The notes beneath the pieces were generated by a model. The model had not been told where the DNA came from and made no database searches. It worked only from the letters and a program-made list of their open reading frames with translations. Shown piece after piece: positions 34,708 to 34,833 of a stretch of DNA of 34,833 bases; position 1 is the stretch's first letter; every line of letters starts with the position of its first letter. The stretch comes from Intoshia linei. Its lineage: Eukaryota; Animalia; Orthonectida. The stretch covers positions 1 to 34,833 of the forward strand of contig LWCA01000277.1 of assembly GCA_001642005.1 (NCBI GenBank). Reading direction: 5' to 3'. Both the position numbers and the translations under genes were made by a program.

Positions 34708-34833
34708 GTAATTGAATTTTTTATTTATTGTTAACATAATAAAATAATACTAAAAGTACGGTATTCAGTGGTTTCCAAATAAATTTAAATTTAAATTTAA
34801 ATTGTACAATAATATTTCTGTATAATTTTTATA

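Overview
This is a very AT-rich eukaryotic (probably metazoan) genomic window with many 36-43 nt spliceosomal introns and a dense load of decayed transposons. Host genes assembled by hand from GT-AG exons: (1) SUMO-activating enzyme subunit 2 (UBA2/SAE2), minus strand, 9 exons from 8245 to 3952, with the 3' part not found in the window; (2) a divergent cyclophilin-fold gene with a probable signal peptide that has lost essentially all PPIase active-site residues (14398-15195); (3) eIF5B, plus strand, about 21624-27126; (4) a multi-exon orphan coiled-coil gene, about 28798 to beyond 34707. Mobile DNA includes remnants of Tc1, PIF/Harbinger-type, hAT (Buster and hATm-like), pogo/Tigger (with TIRs and TA TSD) and piggyBac transposases. 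It also includes a Ty3/Gypsy LTR element with a 5-bp TSD next to an N gap, Helitron-like non-autonomous elements and several MITEs. The intron-size peak and base composition resemble a compact parasite genome such as an orthonectid; this is inference, not an identification. I found no clearly new multi-gene system. The best candidates for follow-up are the pseudo-cyclophilin, the chimeric solo-LTR structure, the intron-bearing transposases, an orphan ORF inside a putative hATm element, and a GC-enriched non-coding island upstream of eIF5B.
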